Shown piece after piece: positions 1 through 9,133 of a stretch of DNA of 32,384 nt (position 1 is the first letter of the stretch; the number at the start of each line of letters is the position of its first letter). This stretch comes from Selenomonadaceae bacterium (lineage in GTDB: Bacteria > Bacillota > Negativicutes > Selenomonadales > Selenomonadaceae), in the NCBI GenBank assembly GCA_016286075.1, contig JAEERZ010000001.1:1-32384 (forward strand), in the 5' to 3' direction. Under the pieces are notes generated by a model, which did not search any database, was not told where the DNA came from, and was given only the letters and a program-made list of their open reading frames with translations. A program made the position numbers and the translations under genes.

Positions 1-1
1 A

Positions 2-550
2 TACACGAATCTGTTTTTGCTTCCGACTTCCCAGGTAGCCGACAAGACGGCAATCGAGCCTGAACAGATGCAGGAACTCGTCGAGACGATGAAGAGCGAG
101 TTCGACTACATTTTGATCGACTGTCCGGCGGGTATCGAGCAGGGCTTTGAGACTGCTGTCATTGGCGCGGACTGGGCTATTGTGGTCACGAACCCAGAGA
201 TTGCTGCCGTGCGCGACGCGGACAAGATTATCGGGAAGCTGCAGGCGGCGAACAAGGAAATCAAGCTGGTGGTCAACCGCATTCGTCCGCAGATGGTCAA
301 AGACGGCACGATGCTCGATATGACCGCCATCGACGATATTCTTTCACTGGAGTGCATCGGACAGGTGCCGGACGACGACAAGGTCGTGGATTCGGCAAAC
401 CGGGGCGTGCCTGTGGTGGAGTCGAAGGACTCCATAGCGGGGGACGCTTATCGGGATATTGTCGCTCGCGTGTGCGGCGAGGATATTCCGTTCAGGGATT
501 TGGCGCCGGAGACTTTTTGGCAGCGTCTGAAGCACGTGTTCAAGCATTAA
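2..550 (+). CDS. minD: Septum site-determining ATPase MinD, C-terminal part. The 5' end lies upstream of the window.
   Basis: The reading frame is open from base 2. The translation NLFLLPTSQVADKTAIEPEQ...DYILIDCPAGIEQGF...VVTNPEIAAVRDADKIIG...VVNRIRPQMV aligns with Bacillus MinD as I recall it (LYLMPAAQTSDKTAVAPEQ...DYVIIDCPAGIEQGY). minE follows immediately. Confidence 0.95.
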   Translation, partial: YTNLFLLPTSQVADKTAIEPEQMQELVETMKSEFDYILIDCPAGIEQGFETAVIGADWAIVVTNPEIAAVRDADKIIGKLQAANKEIKLVVNRIRPQMVKDGTMLDMTAIDDILSLECIGQVPDDDKVVDSANRGVPVVESKDSIAGDAYRDIVARVCGEDIPFRDLAPETFWQRLKHVFKH

Positions 551-565
551 GGAGGAGATGGCAGA

Positions 566-844
566 ATGTTTGATTCGCTTTTGAAGCTTTTCGGAGGCAA
601 ATCCGAAAGCTCCTCCGAAAAGGCGCATAAACGATTGAAATTTGTATTGATTCATGATCGGGCGAACGTTTCTCCCGAGGTCATGGAACATATCAAGAAC
701 GACATCATCAAGGTCATTTCCAATTATATGGAGATTGATCAGCAGGCGATGGAAATATCGTTGGAAAACGACGCGGACGCCGTCGCCTTGGTGGCTAACA
801 TTCCTGTGAGCCGTATGCGGCCGGTTCCCGGACGAAAGCATTAA
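566..844 (+). CDS. minE: Cell division topological specificity factor MinE
   Basis: 92 aa with an MFDSLLKLFGG...KRLKFVLIHDR N-terminus typical of MinE. A GGAGGAG RBS lies 5 nt upstream. It starts 16 nt after the minD stop. Confidence 0.9.
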   Translation: MFDSLLKLFGGKSESSSEKAHKRLKFVLIHDRANVSPEVMEHIKNDIIKVISNYMEIDQQAMEISLENDADAVALVANIPVSRMRPVPGRKH

Positions 845-860
845 TTGCGGGATGAAAAAT

Positions 861-887
861 GCCGACGCTGGTTGCGTCGGCGTTTTT
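861..887 (+). terminator. Rho-independent terminator after minE
   Basis: GCCGACGC (861-868) pairs perfectly with GCGTCGGC (874-881) across a 5-nt loop. GTTTTT follows. Confidence 0.6.
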
Positions 888-926
888 GGCGTTATTTGAC
901 CCAAGTTTTTGGAGAGGGAAGTACAC

Positions 927-2024
927 ATGAACAAACGATGGCTTCGGCGTATGGATTTTACGCTGATTTTTGCCACGGCGGCGATCATACTGATGAGCCT
1001 CGTCATCATAGGAAGCGCGACGCATATCAATACGGCGGCGGGCGGGAGCTTTGTGCAGCGGCAGGGATTGTTCGCTGTGATGAATATTGCGCTGGCTGTT
1101 TTTTTTATGAACTTTGATTATAAAATGCTCCAGCGATACGGGATGACGCTTTATTGGATCAATTTGGCCCTGCTCGTAGCCGTCATGCTGTTCGGGCACA
1201 GTGCGCTCGGCGCGCAAAGATGGATACAGATAGGCCCGATCAGCCTCCAGCCGTCGGAGTTTTCCAAAATTATAATGATTATTTCGTTGGCGGCGCTTTT
1301 GGAGGACAAGGTGGGCAAGCTGAATACCCTGCACGATCTCCTGCCGATTGCAGCGTTTGTCGGCGTGCCCTTCCTGCTGGTTTTGAAGCAGCCGGACCTC
1401 GGCACGTCGCTGGTGTTCATTGCGATTTTTCTTGGCATGATATTTGCCGCCGGCGTCAATCTGAAACTGCTGGGTGCGATTTTCGGGGCGGGGCTTTTGG
1501 CGAGTCCGATTCTTTGGCATTTTTTGAAGGACTATCAGAAAATGCGAATCCTCGTGTTCCTCGATCCGAACGTAGACCCTCTCGGCTCGGGGTATCATAT
1601 TATCCAGTCGGAAATCGCCATCGGTTCGGGGCAGCTTTTCGGTAAGGGGCTATTTGAAGGCACGCAGAGCCAGCTCGATTTTTTGCCGGAGAACCATACC
1701 GATTTTATTTTTGCCGTGGTGGGCGAGGAACTGGGCTTTATCGGCGCAGCGTTCCTGCTGCTTTTGTATTTGCTCCTCCTCTGGCGGGGCATACGGATTG
1801 CGCAGGAGGCCAGCGATACCTTTGGCATGCTCTTGGCAGTGGGCATTACGTCGATGCTCGTATTCCATGTGCTGGTCAATATAGGCATGACGATGGGAAT
1901 CATGCCGGTCACAGGTATTCCGCTGCCGCTGATGAGTTACGGCATCAGTTCGCTGACGACGAATATCATGTCGATCGCCATGCTATTGAATGTGTATATG
2001 AAAAAACAGCGGCTGGTCTTTTGA
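927..2024 (+). CDS. rodA: SEDS-family peptidoglycan glycosyltransferase (RodA/FtsW type)
   Basis: Multi-pass membrane protein carrying SEDS motifs (IQPSEFSKI, KQPDLGT, DFIFAVVGEELGFIG, PVTGIPLPLMSYG). The ATG at 927 is preceded by GGAGAGGG. The track start at 909 is a TTG lying inside that RBS. Its position after minDE fits rodA. Confidence 0.85.
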   Translation: MNKRWLRRMDFTLIFATAAIILMSLVIIGSATHINTAAGGSFVQRQGLFAVMNIALAVFFMNFDYKMLQRYGMTLYWINLALLVAVMLFGHSALGAQRWIQIGPISLQPSEFSKIIMIISLAALLEDKVGKLNTLHDLLPIAAFVGVPFLLVLKQPDLGTSLVFIAIFLGMIFAAGVNLKLLGAIFGAGLLASPILWHFLKDYQKMRILVFLDPNVDPLGSGYHIIQSEIAIGSGQLFGKGLFEGTQSQLDFLPENHTDFIFAVVGEELGFIGAAFLLLLYLLLLWRGIRIAQEASDTFGMLLAVGITSMLVFHVLVNIGMTMGIMPVTGIPLPLMSYGISSLTTNIMSIAMLLNVYMKKQRLVF

Positions 2025-2089
2025 GGCTGATTGCCGACTGATATGAACGATGTTGGAAAACGGATGATACAACGAGGACGGGAGAAACA

Positions 2090-3940
2090 ATGGTTCCTTT
2101 GACGCCCGATCTTTTGCAGGCGGTGACGAAGCCCGCCCGATATACGGGAAACGAATGGAATATGAGCCAAAAACGCCATGAAGACGTGGCGTGCACGTTT
2201 GCGCTGTCCATGCCGGACGTCTATGAAGTCGGCATGTCGAATTTGGGCCTGAAGATATTGTACGAAATACTGAATCGCAGGGAAGATACGGCGGCGGAGC
2301 GTGTCTATGCGCCGTGGGTCGATATGGAAGCGGAAATGCGGAAGCGGGGACTGCCGCTGTTTTCGCTGGAGACCCGTACGCCAATCCGCGAGTTCGATTT
2401 TCTCGGGTTCTCGCTGCAATACGAGATGATTTATACAAATGTCCTGAATATGCTCGATTTGGCGGGAATCCCCGTTTATGCCGTGGAACGGGACGAAGAC
2501 GCGCCCTTTGTAGTCGGCGGCGGCCCGTGCGTATATAATGTGGAGCCGATTGCCGATTTCTTTGACCTTTTTGTAATCGGTGAAGGAGAAGAGGTCTTAG
2601 GCGAGCTTGTCGCGGCGTTTGTTCGATGGAAACATGAGGGACGGCCGGATGGCAGGACGGGATTTTTGCGCCGTGCCGCCGGAATTCCGGGCGTTTATGT
2701 GCCTTCCCTATATGCTCCGCGTTACAATGCCGGCGATTTTTCGGGTATGGAACGTCTCGGAGAGGACGTGCCTGCCGTCGTTTATAAGCGTGTGGTGCGC
2801 GACATGGACGAGGCTGAGACGATGGAAAAGCCTGTGGTGCCGTATATCGGTATCGTTCATGACCGCGTCATGCTGGAGCTCTTCAGGGGCTGTTCCCGAG
2901 GCTGCCGTTTTTGCCAGGCGGGCATGGCGTATCGGCCCGTGCGGGAGCGAAGCAAAGAAAAGCTGTGCGCGCTGGCGCGAAAAATGGCCGACGCTACGGG
3001 GTACGACGAGATGTCGCTGACCTCTTTGAGCTCGGCGGATTACTCGTGCCTTGACGGGCTGGTAGACAATCTGATGGAAGATTTTGCGGAGGACAAGGTG
3101 AGTTTTTCTTTGCCGTCGCTTCGTATCGACAGTTTTTCTATCGGATTGGCCGACAGAATGCAGCAGGTGCGCAAGAGCGGACTGACTTTTGCGCCGGAGG
3201 CCGGAACGCAGCGGATGCGCGACGTCATCAACAAGGGAGTCACGGAAGAGGACCTTATGAACGCGGTTTCAGCGGCGTTCCGCAAGGGCTGGAAATCCGT
3301 GAAGCTTTATTTCATGCTCGGATTGCCTACGGAAACGGACGAGGATATTATAGGCGTCGCGCGGTTGGCGAAAAAGGTCGTGGACCGTTATCAGGAAATC
3401 ACGGGAAAACGCGGCGCGAAGGTGACGATCAGCGTGTCCTGCTTTGTGCCGAAAGCGTTCACGCCTTTTCAGTGGTCGGCGCAGAATACGCTGGAGGAAT
3501 TCGAGAGAAAGCAGCGCCTGCTGAAGGAAAATATCCGCGACCGGTCAATCCAGTTCAATTATCACGACGCCAGAGTGAGCAGGCTGGAAGGCGTGCTGGC
3601 TCGCGGCGACCGCCGTCTTTCAGCGGTGATTTACGAAGCGTGGAAACGGGGCGCGCGTTTTGACGGCTGGAGCGATCAATTCCATGAGGAATATTGGTTG
3701 GGCGCGTTCGAGGCTTTGGGCGTGGACCGGACGTACTATAACGAACGCGAAAGGAAGCGGGACGAAGCGTTTCCTTGGGAGCACACCTCGCCGGGAGTTG
3801 CTCGCGCATTTCTCCGCGCGGAGTGGGAACGCGCCGTGAAGGGAGAATTGACGCCGGATTGCCGTCGGGGACACTGCACGGGCTGCGCCGTTTGTCCGAC
3901 TTTGGACGTTCGCGTCGTCGACGGGGGGGCGAGGACATGA
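2090..3940 (+). CDS. Radical SAM protein of the uncharacterised TIGR03960-like family
   Basis: 616 aa. It has the CX3CX2C cluster motif CSRGCRFC and an N-terminal KPARYTGNEWN signature that I recall from this family. Its stop overlaps the next start (ATGA at 3937-3940). Confidence 0.85.
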   Translation: MVPLTPDLLQAVTKPARYTGNEWNMSQKRHEDVACTFALSMPDVYEVGMSNLGLKILYEILNRREDTAAERVYAPWVDMEAEMRKRGLPLFSLETRTPIREFDFLGFSLQYEMIYTNVLNMLDLAGIPVYAVERDEDAPFVVGGGPCVYNVEPIADFFDLFVIGEGEEVLGELVAAFVRWKHEGRPDGRTGFLRRAAGIPGVYVPSLYAPRYNAGDFSGMERLGEDVPAVVYKRVVRDMDEAETMEKPVVPYIGIVHDRVMLELFRGCSRGCRFCQAGMAYRPVRERSKEKLCALARKMADATGYDEMSLTSLSSADYSCLDGLVDNLMEDFAEDKVSFSLPSLRIDSFSIGLADRMQQVRKSGLTFAPEAGTQRMRDVINKGVTEEDLMNAVSAAFRKGWKSVKLYFMLGLPTETDEDIIGVARLAKKVVDRYQEITGKRGAKVTISVSCFVPKAFTPFQWSAQNTLEEFERKQRLLKENIRDRSIQFNYHDARVSRLEGVLARGDRRLSAVIYEAWKRGARFDGWSDQFHEEYWLGAFEALGVDRTYYNERERKRDEAFPWEHTSPGVARAFLRAEWERAVKGELTPDCRRGHCTGCAVCPTLDVRVVDGGART

Positions 3941-4668
3941 ACGGCGGTGTGGCAAAAACTGTGGGGGGCTATTGCCGCGCGCGCATCACAAAGGATGAGG
4001 CGCTTCGCTATATTTCCCATTTAGATTATGCCTCTCTGATGCAGCGCGCTATCCGACGCGCGAAACTTCCTGCGGCCTATTCGGAAGGATTCAATCCGCA
4101 CATGAAACTCAGCTTTGCGTCGGCGCTCTCCGTAGGCGTGACCAGCGACGCCGAATATATGGATTTGGAACTGGCGGAGGACATGACAGAGACGGAGATT
4201 GCCGAAAGACTGCGTCCTGCTCTGCCTGCCGGCGTGCGTCTTTTAGGTTTGCAGGTGCTCGTCGGAAAACCGAAAGCTTTAATGGCTCTGACGGACGAAG
4301 CGGAATATGAGATTACGGTTCCCCTGTGCGGTTCCTTCGACGACGTGCTGACGGCGTTGGCGTCTTTCAACGCGGCGAAAGAATGCGTGTATCTCCGTAA
4401 AACGCCGAAGAAGACACGGGAGATTGAGATTCGGCAGTATATGCACGGCGACGTTCATGCGGAAATGACGGAGGACGGCCAAGTCAGGCTGACGATGGCG
4501 ATTCGCATCACGCCGGTAGGAAGCGTCAAACCGCAGGAGGTAGTGGCTCTTCTTTGCGATCGTTTTGCGCTTCCCGTCCAACAGGACAGCGCGTCGGTGC
4601 ATCGCCTTGCGCTGCTCGGCGGAGGAAAGGCGCTTCTTTCGGATGAGGCTGGAGAGGTGCGGCCATGA
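3937..4668 (+). CDS. Radical-SAM-linked protein (TIGR03936 / DUF2344-like)
   Basis: The ATG at 3937 overlaps the TGA of the upstream gene. The product (MNGGVAKT...ISHLDYASLMQRAIRRAKLPAAYSEGFNPHMKLSFASAL) matches my recollection of the family that is always adjacent to, or fused with, TIGR03960 enzymes. The track start at 3775 would overlap the previous gene by 166 nt. Confidence 0.75.
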   Translation: MNGGVAKTVGGYCRARITKDEALRYISHLDYASLMQRAIRRAKLPAAYSEGFNPHMKLSFASALSVGVTSDAEYMDLELAEDMTETEIAERLRPALPAGVRLLGLQVLVGKPKALMALTDEAEYEITVPLCGSFDDVLTALASFNAAKECVYLRKTPKKTREIEIRQYMHGDVHAEMTEDGQVRLTMAIRITPVGSVKPQEVVALLCDRFALPVQQDSASVHRLALLGGGKALLSDEAGEVRP

Positions 4669-6110
4669 AAACGATTCTGCTTAATGTGACGCCGGAAGAG
4701 ACGCGTATGGTAATGGTCGAGGACGGCAGACTGACGGAGATGGAAGTCGAGCGTCCCGTTCATTCGCATCTCGTCGGGAATATCTACAAAGGAAGGGTAC
4801 AGAATATATTGCCCGGAATGCAGGCGGCTTTTGTCGACATCGGGCAAAAGAAAAACGCGTTCCTGTATCTTGGGGACGGCCCTTCCTCCGACGGAAAACA
4901 TTCCGGCGGCGCGGAAAAGATTTCTGTCGGGCAGTCGGTGACGGTGCAGGTGGTAAAAGACGCCGTCGGAACCAAAGGCCCCCGGGTGACTACGCGAATT
5001 TCGCTGCCGGGCCGAAATATCGTTCTGATGCCGACGGCGGATTATATCGGGATGTCGCGGCGCATTTCGGACGAGGAAGAACGGGATCGGCTCCATGGTC
5101 TGGCGCAGGATATCTGTCCCGCGGGAATGGGATTGATTATAAGGACGTTGGCTGCCGGACAGGACAGAGAGACTCTTGAGGCTGACGTAAGGTATCTTTC
5201 AAGGCTTTGGGAGTCGTTATGCGCGCGTGAGCGCGTTCTCTCGGCTCCGGCGCTGCTTTATCGGGACGCGGATATGGCGATCCGCGTGGCGCGGGACTTG
5301 ATGACGGAAGAAGTCGAGCGGTTGATTGTGGATGACGCTGACACATATCGACGGGTTAAAGAGTTAGTGAGTTATATTTCTCCTGCGCTCGAAAATCGCG
5401 TCGAGCTCTACGAAGGAAATACGCCGTTATTCCGCGAATATGGAGCGGAGGAAGAAGCGGAGTCGTTGACCGACAGAGAGGTGGAGCTTCCTTCCGGCGG
5501 TTTTCTCGTCATTGACCGGACGGAGGCGCTGACGGTCATCGACGTCAACACGGGAAAGTTTGTCGGAAACGCCAATCTTTCCGATACGGTGTATCGGGCG
5601 AACATGGAAGCGGCGGAAGAGATATTGCGGCAGCTTCGGCTTCGGGATATCGGCGGCATCATCGTCGTGGACTTCATTGATATGGAGACGGAGGAGCAAA
5701 AGGAAGGGCTGCTCGCTTTTTTGCGGGAACATGCAAAAAAGGACCGTATCAAGACGAACATTATCGGCATTACGGCCCTCGGCCTGGTAGAAATTACGCG
5801 AAAGAAATCCCGGAGGAATTTCGAGAGCCTGCTTTACAGCGATTGTCCGTGCTGTCATGGCAGCGGGCGCGTAGAATCGCCGGAAACGGTGGCGATTCGT
5901 ATTTGCCGTGACATCCGGCGCATCGAGGATCGTTCCCATGCGGATTTCGGATACGAAGTCGAGGTGCACGAGACGGTGGCGTACGCGCTGATGGATTCCC
6001 CGCTGGTGGAACGGTTGACGGCGGAGCTCGGCGTAAAAGTAGGATTTGTCATCAAGCCGGGAATGCACCCCGAAAGCTATGCGATCCTGCAACGGGGAAA
6101 CGGGCGGTGA
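4665..6110 (+). CDS. rng: Ribonuclease G/E family endoribonuclease (Rne/Rng)
   Basis: 481 aa. It has an N-terminal S1 domain (GNIYKGRVQNILPGMQAAFVDIG), the catalytic region LVIDRTEALTVIDVNTGKF, and the CPCCHGSG zinc-link motif. Its ATG at 4665 overlaps the upstream TGA (4666-4668). Confidence 0.88.
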   Translation: MKTILLNVTPEETRMVMVEDGRLTEMEVERPVHSHLVGNIYKGRVQNILPGMQAAFVDIGQKKNAFLYLGDGPSSDGKHSGGAEKISVGQSVTVQVVKDAVGTKGPRVTTRISLPGRNIVLMPTADYIGMSRRISDEEERDRLHGLAQDICPAGMGLIIRTLAAGQDRETLEADVRYLSRLWESLCARERVLSAPALLYRDADMAIRVARDLMTEEVERLIVDDADTYRRVKELVSYISPALENRVELYEGNTPLFREYGAEEEAESLTDREVELPSGGFLVIDRTEALTVIDVNTGKFVGNANLSDTVYRANMEAAEEILRQLRLRDIGGIIVVDFIDMETEEQKEGLLAFLREHAKKDRIKTNIIGITALGLVEITRKKSRRNFESLLYSDCPCCHGSGRVESPETVAIRICRDIRRIEDRSHADFGYEVEVHETVAYALMDSPLVERLTAELGVKVGFVIKPGMHPESYAILQRGNGR

Positions 6111-6128
6111 TTTTGCAAAAAACATAGC

Positions 6129-6157
6129 TTGCATTATCCGTCGGCTTATGATATAGT
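6129..6157 (+). promoter_or_regulatory. Putative sigma-A promoter for rplS-lepB
   Basis: TTGCAT (6129-6134), a 17-nt spacer, then TATAGT (6152-6157) with TGa immediately upstream (extended -10). Confidence 0.4.
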
Positions 6158-6229
6158 AACGAAATGTACGGGCGGTCCTCTGGACAGAATGCTTTCTGCC
6201 ACGAACGTCACGAAATAGGAGGAACAGAA

Positions 6230-6571
6230 ATGAATATCATTGAAGCGTTGGAAAAGGAGCAGCTCCGCTCGGACATTCCGGATTTTCGCCCCGGCGACAC
6301 GGTTCGTGTCCATGCGAAGATTGTCGAAGGTACGCGCGAGCGTATCCAGGTGTTTGAGGGCGTCGTCATCGGACGACAGGGCTCTGGCGTTCGGGAAATG
6401 TTCAGGGTTCGCCGTATTTCTTATGGTATCGGCGTAGAGCGCACGTTCCTGGTTCATTCGCCGCGAATTGATAAGATCGAGGTCGTGCGGCGGGGCGTCG
6501 TTCGTCGTGCCAAGCTCTATTATCTGCGCGGGCTCACGGGCAAAGCGGCCCGCATCAAAGAAAGACGCTGA
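6230..6571 (+). CDS. rplS: 50S ribosomal protein L19
   Basis: [34 protein letters not shown]...RRAKLYYLR is a canonical L19 sequence. An AGGAGG RBS sits at 6217-6222. The track start at 6164 is an upstream extension. Confidence 0.96.
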   Translation: MNIIEALEKEQLRSDIPDFRPGDTVRVHAKIVEGTRERIQVFEGVVIGRQGSGVREMFRVRRISYGIGVERTFLVHSPRIDKIEVVRRGVVRRAKLYYLRGLTGKAARIKERR

Positions 6572-6577
6572 CGGAAT

Positions 6578-6606
6578 GGGGACTGGCAAAGACCGGTCCC
6601 CTTTTT
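6578..6606 (+). terminator. Rho-independent terminator or attenuator after rplS
   Basis: GGGGACTGG (6578-6586) pairs with CCGGTCCCC (6593-6601), with one G-U pair and a 6-nt loop. TTTTT follows at 6602-6606. Confidence 0.6.
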
Positions 6607-6625
6607 GTTGTATCGGAGGGACGAT

Positions 6626-7147
6626 ATGAGTTCTTTGGGAGAAGAAGCGAAAGATTGGATTGTTTCCATTGCGACGGCTGTTGTCTTGGCCCTGATTATT
6701 CGTACTTTCGTTGTGGAGCTGTATTTGGTGGACGGTCCGTCCATGCGTCCTACCCTGCAAAGCGCGGAGCGGCTCGTCGTGAATAAGTTCATTTATCGGT
6801 TCCGGGAGCCGGAGCGCGGAGAGATTCTTGTGTTCCAGTATCCGCGCGATCCGAGGCGAGATTTTATCAAGCGCGTCATTGCGGTGCCGGGAGATACCAT
6901 TGAAATCAGGGACGGACAGGTCTATGTGAACAGTCAGCTGATGAACGAACCGTACATCCTGAGCCGGACGAGGGGCGACTATCCGTTGTCCGAAGTTCCT
7001 AAGGGGCATATTTTCGTGATGGGCGACAACCGGAACAATTCCGAGGACAGCCGCTTCGCGGACGTGGGATTCGTTCCCTATGATTTGATCAAAGGCAAGG
7101 CGATTTTAGTTTTTTGGCCGTTCAATCAGTTCAAGACCTTGCCGTAA
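6626..7147 (+). CDS. lepB: Signal peptidase I
   Basis: It has an N-terminal TM helix, the catalytic Ser box GPSMRPTL, the Lys box DFIKRVIAVPGD, and GDNRNNSEDSR. The ATG at 6626 follows GGAGGG (6615-6620). The track TTG at 6605 lies inside the terminator T-tract. Confidence 0.9.
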   Translation: MSSLGEEAKDWIVSIATAVVLALIIRTFVVELYLVDGPSMRPTLQSAERLVVNKFIYRFREPERGEILVFQYPRDPRRDFIKRVIAVPGDTIEIRDGQVYVNSQLMNEPYILSRTRGDYPLSEVPKGHIFVMGDNRNNSEDSRFADVGFVPYDLIKGKAILVFWPFNQFKTLP

Positions 7148-7167
7148 AGCACGGCTTGTGGTACTAT
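7139..7167 (+). promoter_or_regulatory. Putative sigma-A promoter of the rib operon
   Basis: TTGCCG (7139-7144), a 17-nt spacer, then TACTAT (7162-7167) preceded by TGg. It sits about 20 nt upstream of the FMN aptamer. Confidence 0.4.
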
Positions 7168-7183
7168 AAACTTAATTTCATAA

Positions 7184-7312
7184 AGAAATCTTTGGGGCAG
7201 GGTGAAATTCCCGACCGGCGGTATTGATTAAGCCCGCGAGCTTTGCAGAGTGCAAAGCATGATCCGGTGAGATTCCGGAGCCGACAGTACAGTCTGGATG
7301 GAAAAAGATTTT
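7184..7312 (+). promoter_or_regulatory. FMN riboswitch (RFN element) aptamer
   Basis: There is a near-verbatim match to conserved RFN cores: CTTTGGGGCAGGGTGAAATTCCCGACCGGCGGTA...AGCCCGCGAGC...GATCCGGTGAGATTCCGGAGCCGACAGTACAGTCTGGATGGAAAAAG. P1 is closed by AATCTTT/AAAGATT. It lies directly upstream of ribD. Confidence 0.93.
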
Positions 7313-7328
7313 ATTGTGGTCGTTTACG

Positions 7329-7358
7329 CCCCGAAGGAAGATTCCTTCGGGGTTTTTG
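7329..7358 (+). terminator. Riboswitch expression-platform terminator
   Basis: A perfect 10-bp stem forms between CCCCGAAGGA (7329-7338) and TCCTTCGGGG (7343-7352) with a 4-nt loop. TTTTT follows. Confidence 0.85.
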
Positions 7359-7377
7359 CTTTTGTGGGGTGAAGCCT

Positions 7378-8472
7378 TTGGACGAGGAACGGTATATGCG
7401 CGAGGCGCTGCGGCTGGCTTCGAACGGTCGGGGGCGTACGTCGCCGAATCCGATGGTCGGCGCGGTTCTCGTCAAGGACGGGCGTATTGTCGGCGCGGGC
7501 TGGCATCGAAAGGCGGGAACGGAACACGCAGAGATTCACGCGCTCCGTATGGCGGGGGATTTGGCGCGAGGCGCGACGCTTTATGTGACGTTGGAGCCTT
7601 GTTCCCATACGGGACGGACCGGCCCTTGCGCGCAGGCCGTGATTGAAGCCGGCGTGCGGCGCGTGGTTGCGGCTATGGAAGATCCGAATCCTCTTGTTCG
7701 CGGCAATGGTTTTCAGATGCTTCGGGAAGGGGGCGTCGAGGTTTCCTGCGGCCTCTTGGAAGAAGAAGCTCGACGGCTGAATGAAGCGTTCGTCGTGTGG
7801 GTGACGGAAAAGCGTCCGTTTGTTACGCTGAAAATGGCTATGACGCTGGACGGGAAGACGGCGACGGCGGGCGGCGAATCGAAATGGATTACGGGGGAGG
7901 CCGCGCGGCTCCGCGGTCATGTCCTGCGCGATGAGAACGACGCGATTCTGGTGGGAATCGGAACGGTACTCGCAGACCGTCCGTCGTTGACGACGCGTCT
8001 GCCGGAGGGCGACGGAAAGAATCCGTTGCGGGTGATTCTCGACAGCAAAGCGCGAACGCCGCTTGATGCGCCGATGCTCAAAGACGGGGCGGCTCCCGTA
8101 CTGATCGCGACGACGGAAGGCGCGCCGGAGGAAAATCTGCGGCGGCTTCGAGAGGCGGGGGCGGAGATACTGACGGCAGGGCAGGGGCCGTCTGTCGATT
8201 TGCCGGTTCTTTTACGAAAACTTGGGGAGAGAGATATTTGCTCTTTGCTGGTAGAGGGCGGTTCGACGGTTCACTTTTCGTTTTTGTCGGCGGGGCTTGC
8301 CGACAAGGTGTGCGCGTTTATTGCGCCGATGCTCGTCGGCGGGCGCGATGCGGTGCCTGCGGTGGGCGGCGACGGATTCTCCCGATTGGCTGACGCGGCG
8401 CGGCTGACGGATATAAAAACGGAAATGGTAGGCAAAGATTTTTGCATGAGTGGATATATTGTAAAGGAGTAA
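7378..8472 (+). CDS. ribD: Bifunctional riboflavin biosynthesis protein RibD (pyrimidine deaminase / uracil reductase)
   Basis: It has the deaminase zinc motifs HAEIHAL and LEPCSHTGRTGPC and the reductase region VTLKMAMTLDGK. The start is uncertain. TTG 7378 gives MDEERYMREAL, like the usual MxExYM N-terminus. GTG 7369 and ATG 7396 (RBS GAGGA) are alternatives. The track start at 7243 runs through the riboswitch. Confidence 0.9.
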   Translation: MDEERYMREALRLASNGRGRTSPNPMVGAVLVKDGRIVGAGWHRKAGTEHAEIHALRMAGDLARGATLYVTLEPCSHTGRTGPCAQAVIEAGVRRVVAAMEDPNPLVRGNGFQMLREGGVEVSCGLLEEEARRLNEAFVVWVTEKRPFVTLKMAMTLDGKTATAGGESKWITGEAARLRGHVLRDENDAILVGIGTVLADRPSLTTRLPEGDGKNPLRVILDSKARTPLDAPMLKDGAAPVLIATTEGAPEENLRRLREAGAEILTAGQGPSVDLPVLLRKLGERDICSLLVEGGSTVHFSFLSAGLADKVCAFIAPMLVGGRDAVPAVGGDGFSRLADAARLTDIKTEMVGKDFCMSGYIVKE

Positions 8473-8476
8473 ACGA

Positions 8477-9118
8477 ATGTTTACGGGAATCGTCGAAGAG
8501 GTCGGGCGCGTTCGTTCTGTCGGGAACGGGCGCATAGAGATTGCCGCCGAAAAGGTGACGGAGGGAACGGCGATCGGCGACAGCATCGCAGTAAACGGCG
8601 TCTGCCTCACCGTGGCCGCCTTCACGCGGGGCGGTTTTGCGGCGGACGTGATGCCTGTCACACTGCAGCATACCGCATTAGGGACGCTGCGATCCGGCGA
8701 CCGGGTCAATCTGGAACGGGCGCTGACTTTGACCTCGCGCCTTGGAGGCCATATCGTCAGCGGCCATATCGACGGCGTGGGGCGCGTGGAACGCGTGGAG
8801 GCGGATGGAAATGCGCGAATCCTCCGCGTCGGGGCATCTTTGAAAATATTGCGCTATATTGTTCCGCAGGGCTCGGTGGCTTTAGACGGGACAAGCCTGA
8901 CCGTGGCGGAGGTCGACGACAATGGATTTTCCGTGTCGCTGATTCCGCATACGAGGGAAGCTACGGCATTGGACGGGAAACAGGCGGGAGATTCCGTCAA
9001 TATAGAAAACGACGTTATCGGAAAATATGTGGAAAAACTGCTCCGAACCCCGACGGACGCGGAGGCTGTCTCATCCGGGGGCCTGACGATGGAGCTTTTG
9101 ACAAAATGCGGATTTTGA
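8477..9118 (+). CDS. ribE: Riboflavin synthase alpha chain
   Basis: It has the MFTGIVEEVG N-terminus and an internal duplicated lumazine-binding repeat (GDSIAVNGVCLTV and GSVALDGTSLTV). Confidence 0.95.
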   Translation: MFTGIVEEVGRVRSVGNGRIEIAAEKVTEGTAIGDSIAVNGVCLTVAAFTRGGFAADVMPVTLQHTALGTLRSGDRVNLERALTLTSRLGGHIVSGHIDGVGRVERVEADGNARILRVGASLKILRYIVPQGSVALDGTSLTVAEVDDNGFSVSLIPHTREATALDGKQAGDSVNIENDVIGKYVEKLLRTPTDAEAVSSGGLTMELLTKCGF

Positions 9119-9133
9119 CGAGGAGGCAGAAAA

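Noticed and set aside
3775-3936. The upstream extension of the DUF2344-like ORF (track start at 3775).
   Set aside because: It overlaps the 3' end of the radical SAM gene by 166 nt in another frame. The ATGA-coupled start at 3937 is the natural one.
7243-7377. The N-terminal extension of the ribD ORF given in the track (start at 7243).
   Set aside because: It would translate through the FMN riboswitch aptamer and its terminator hairpin. RibD homology only begins at about MDEERYMREAL.
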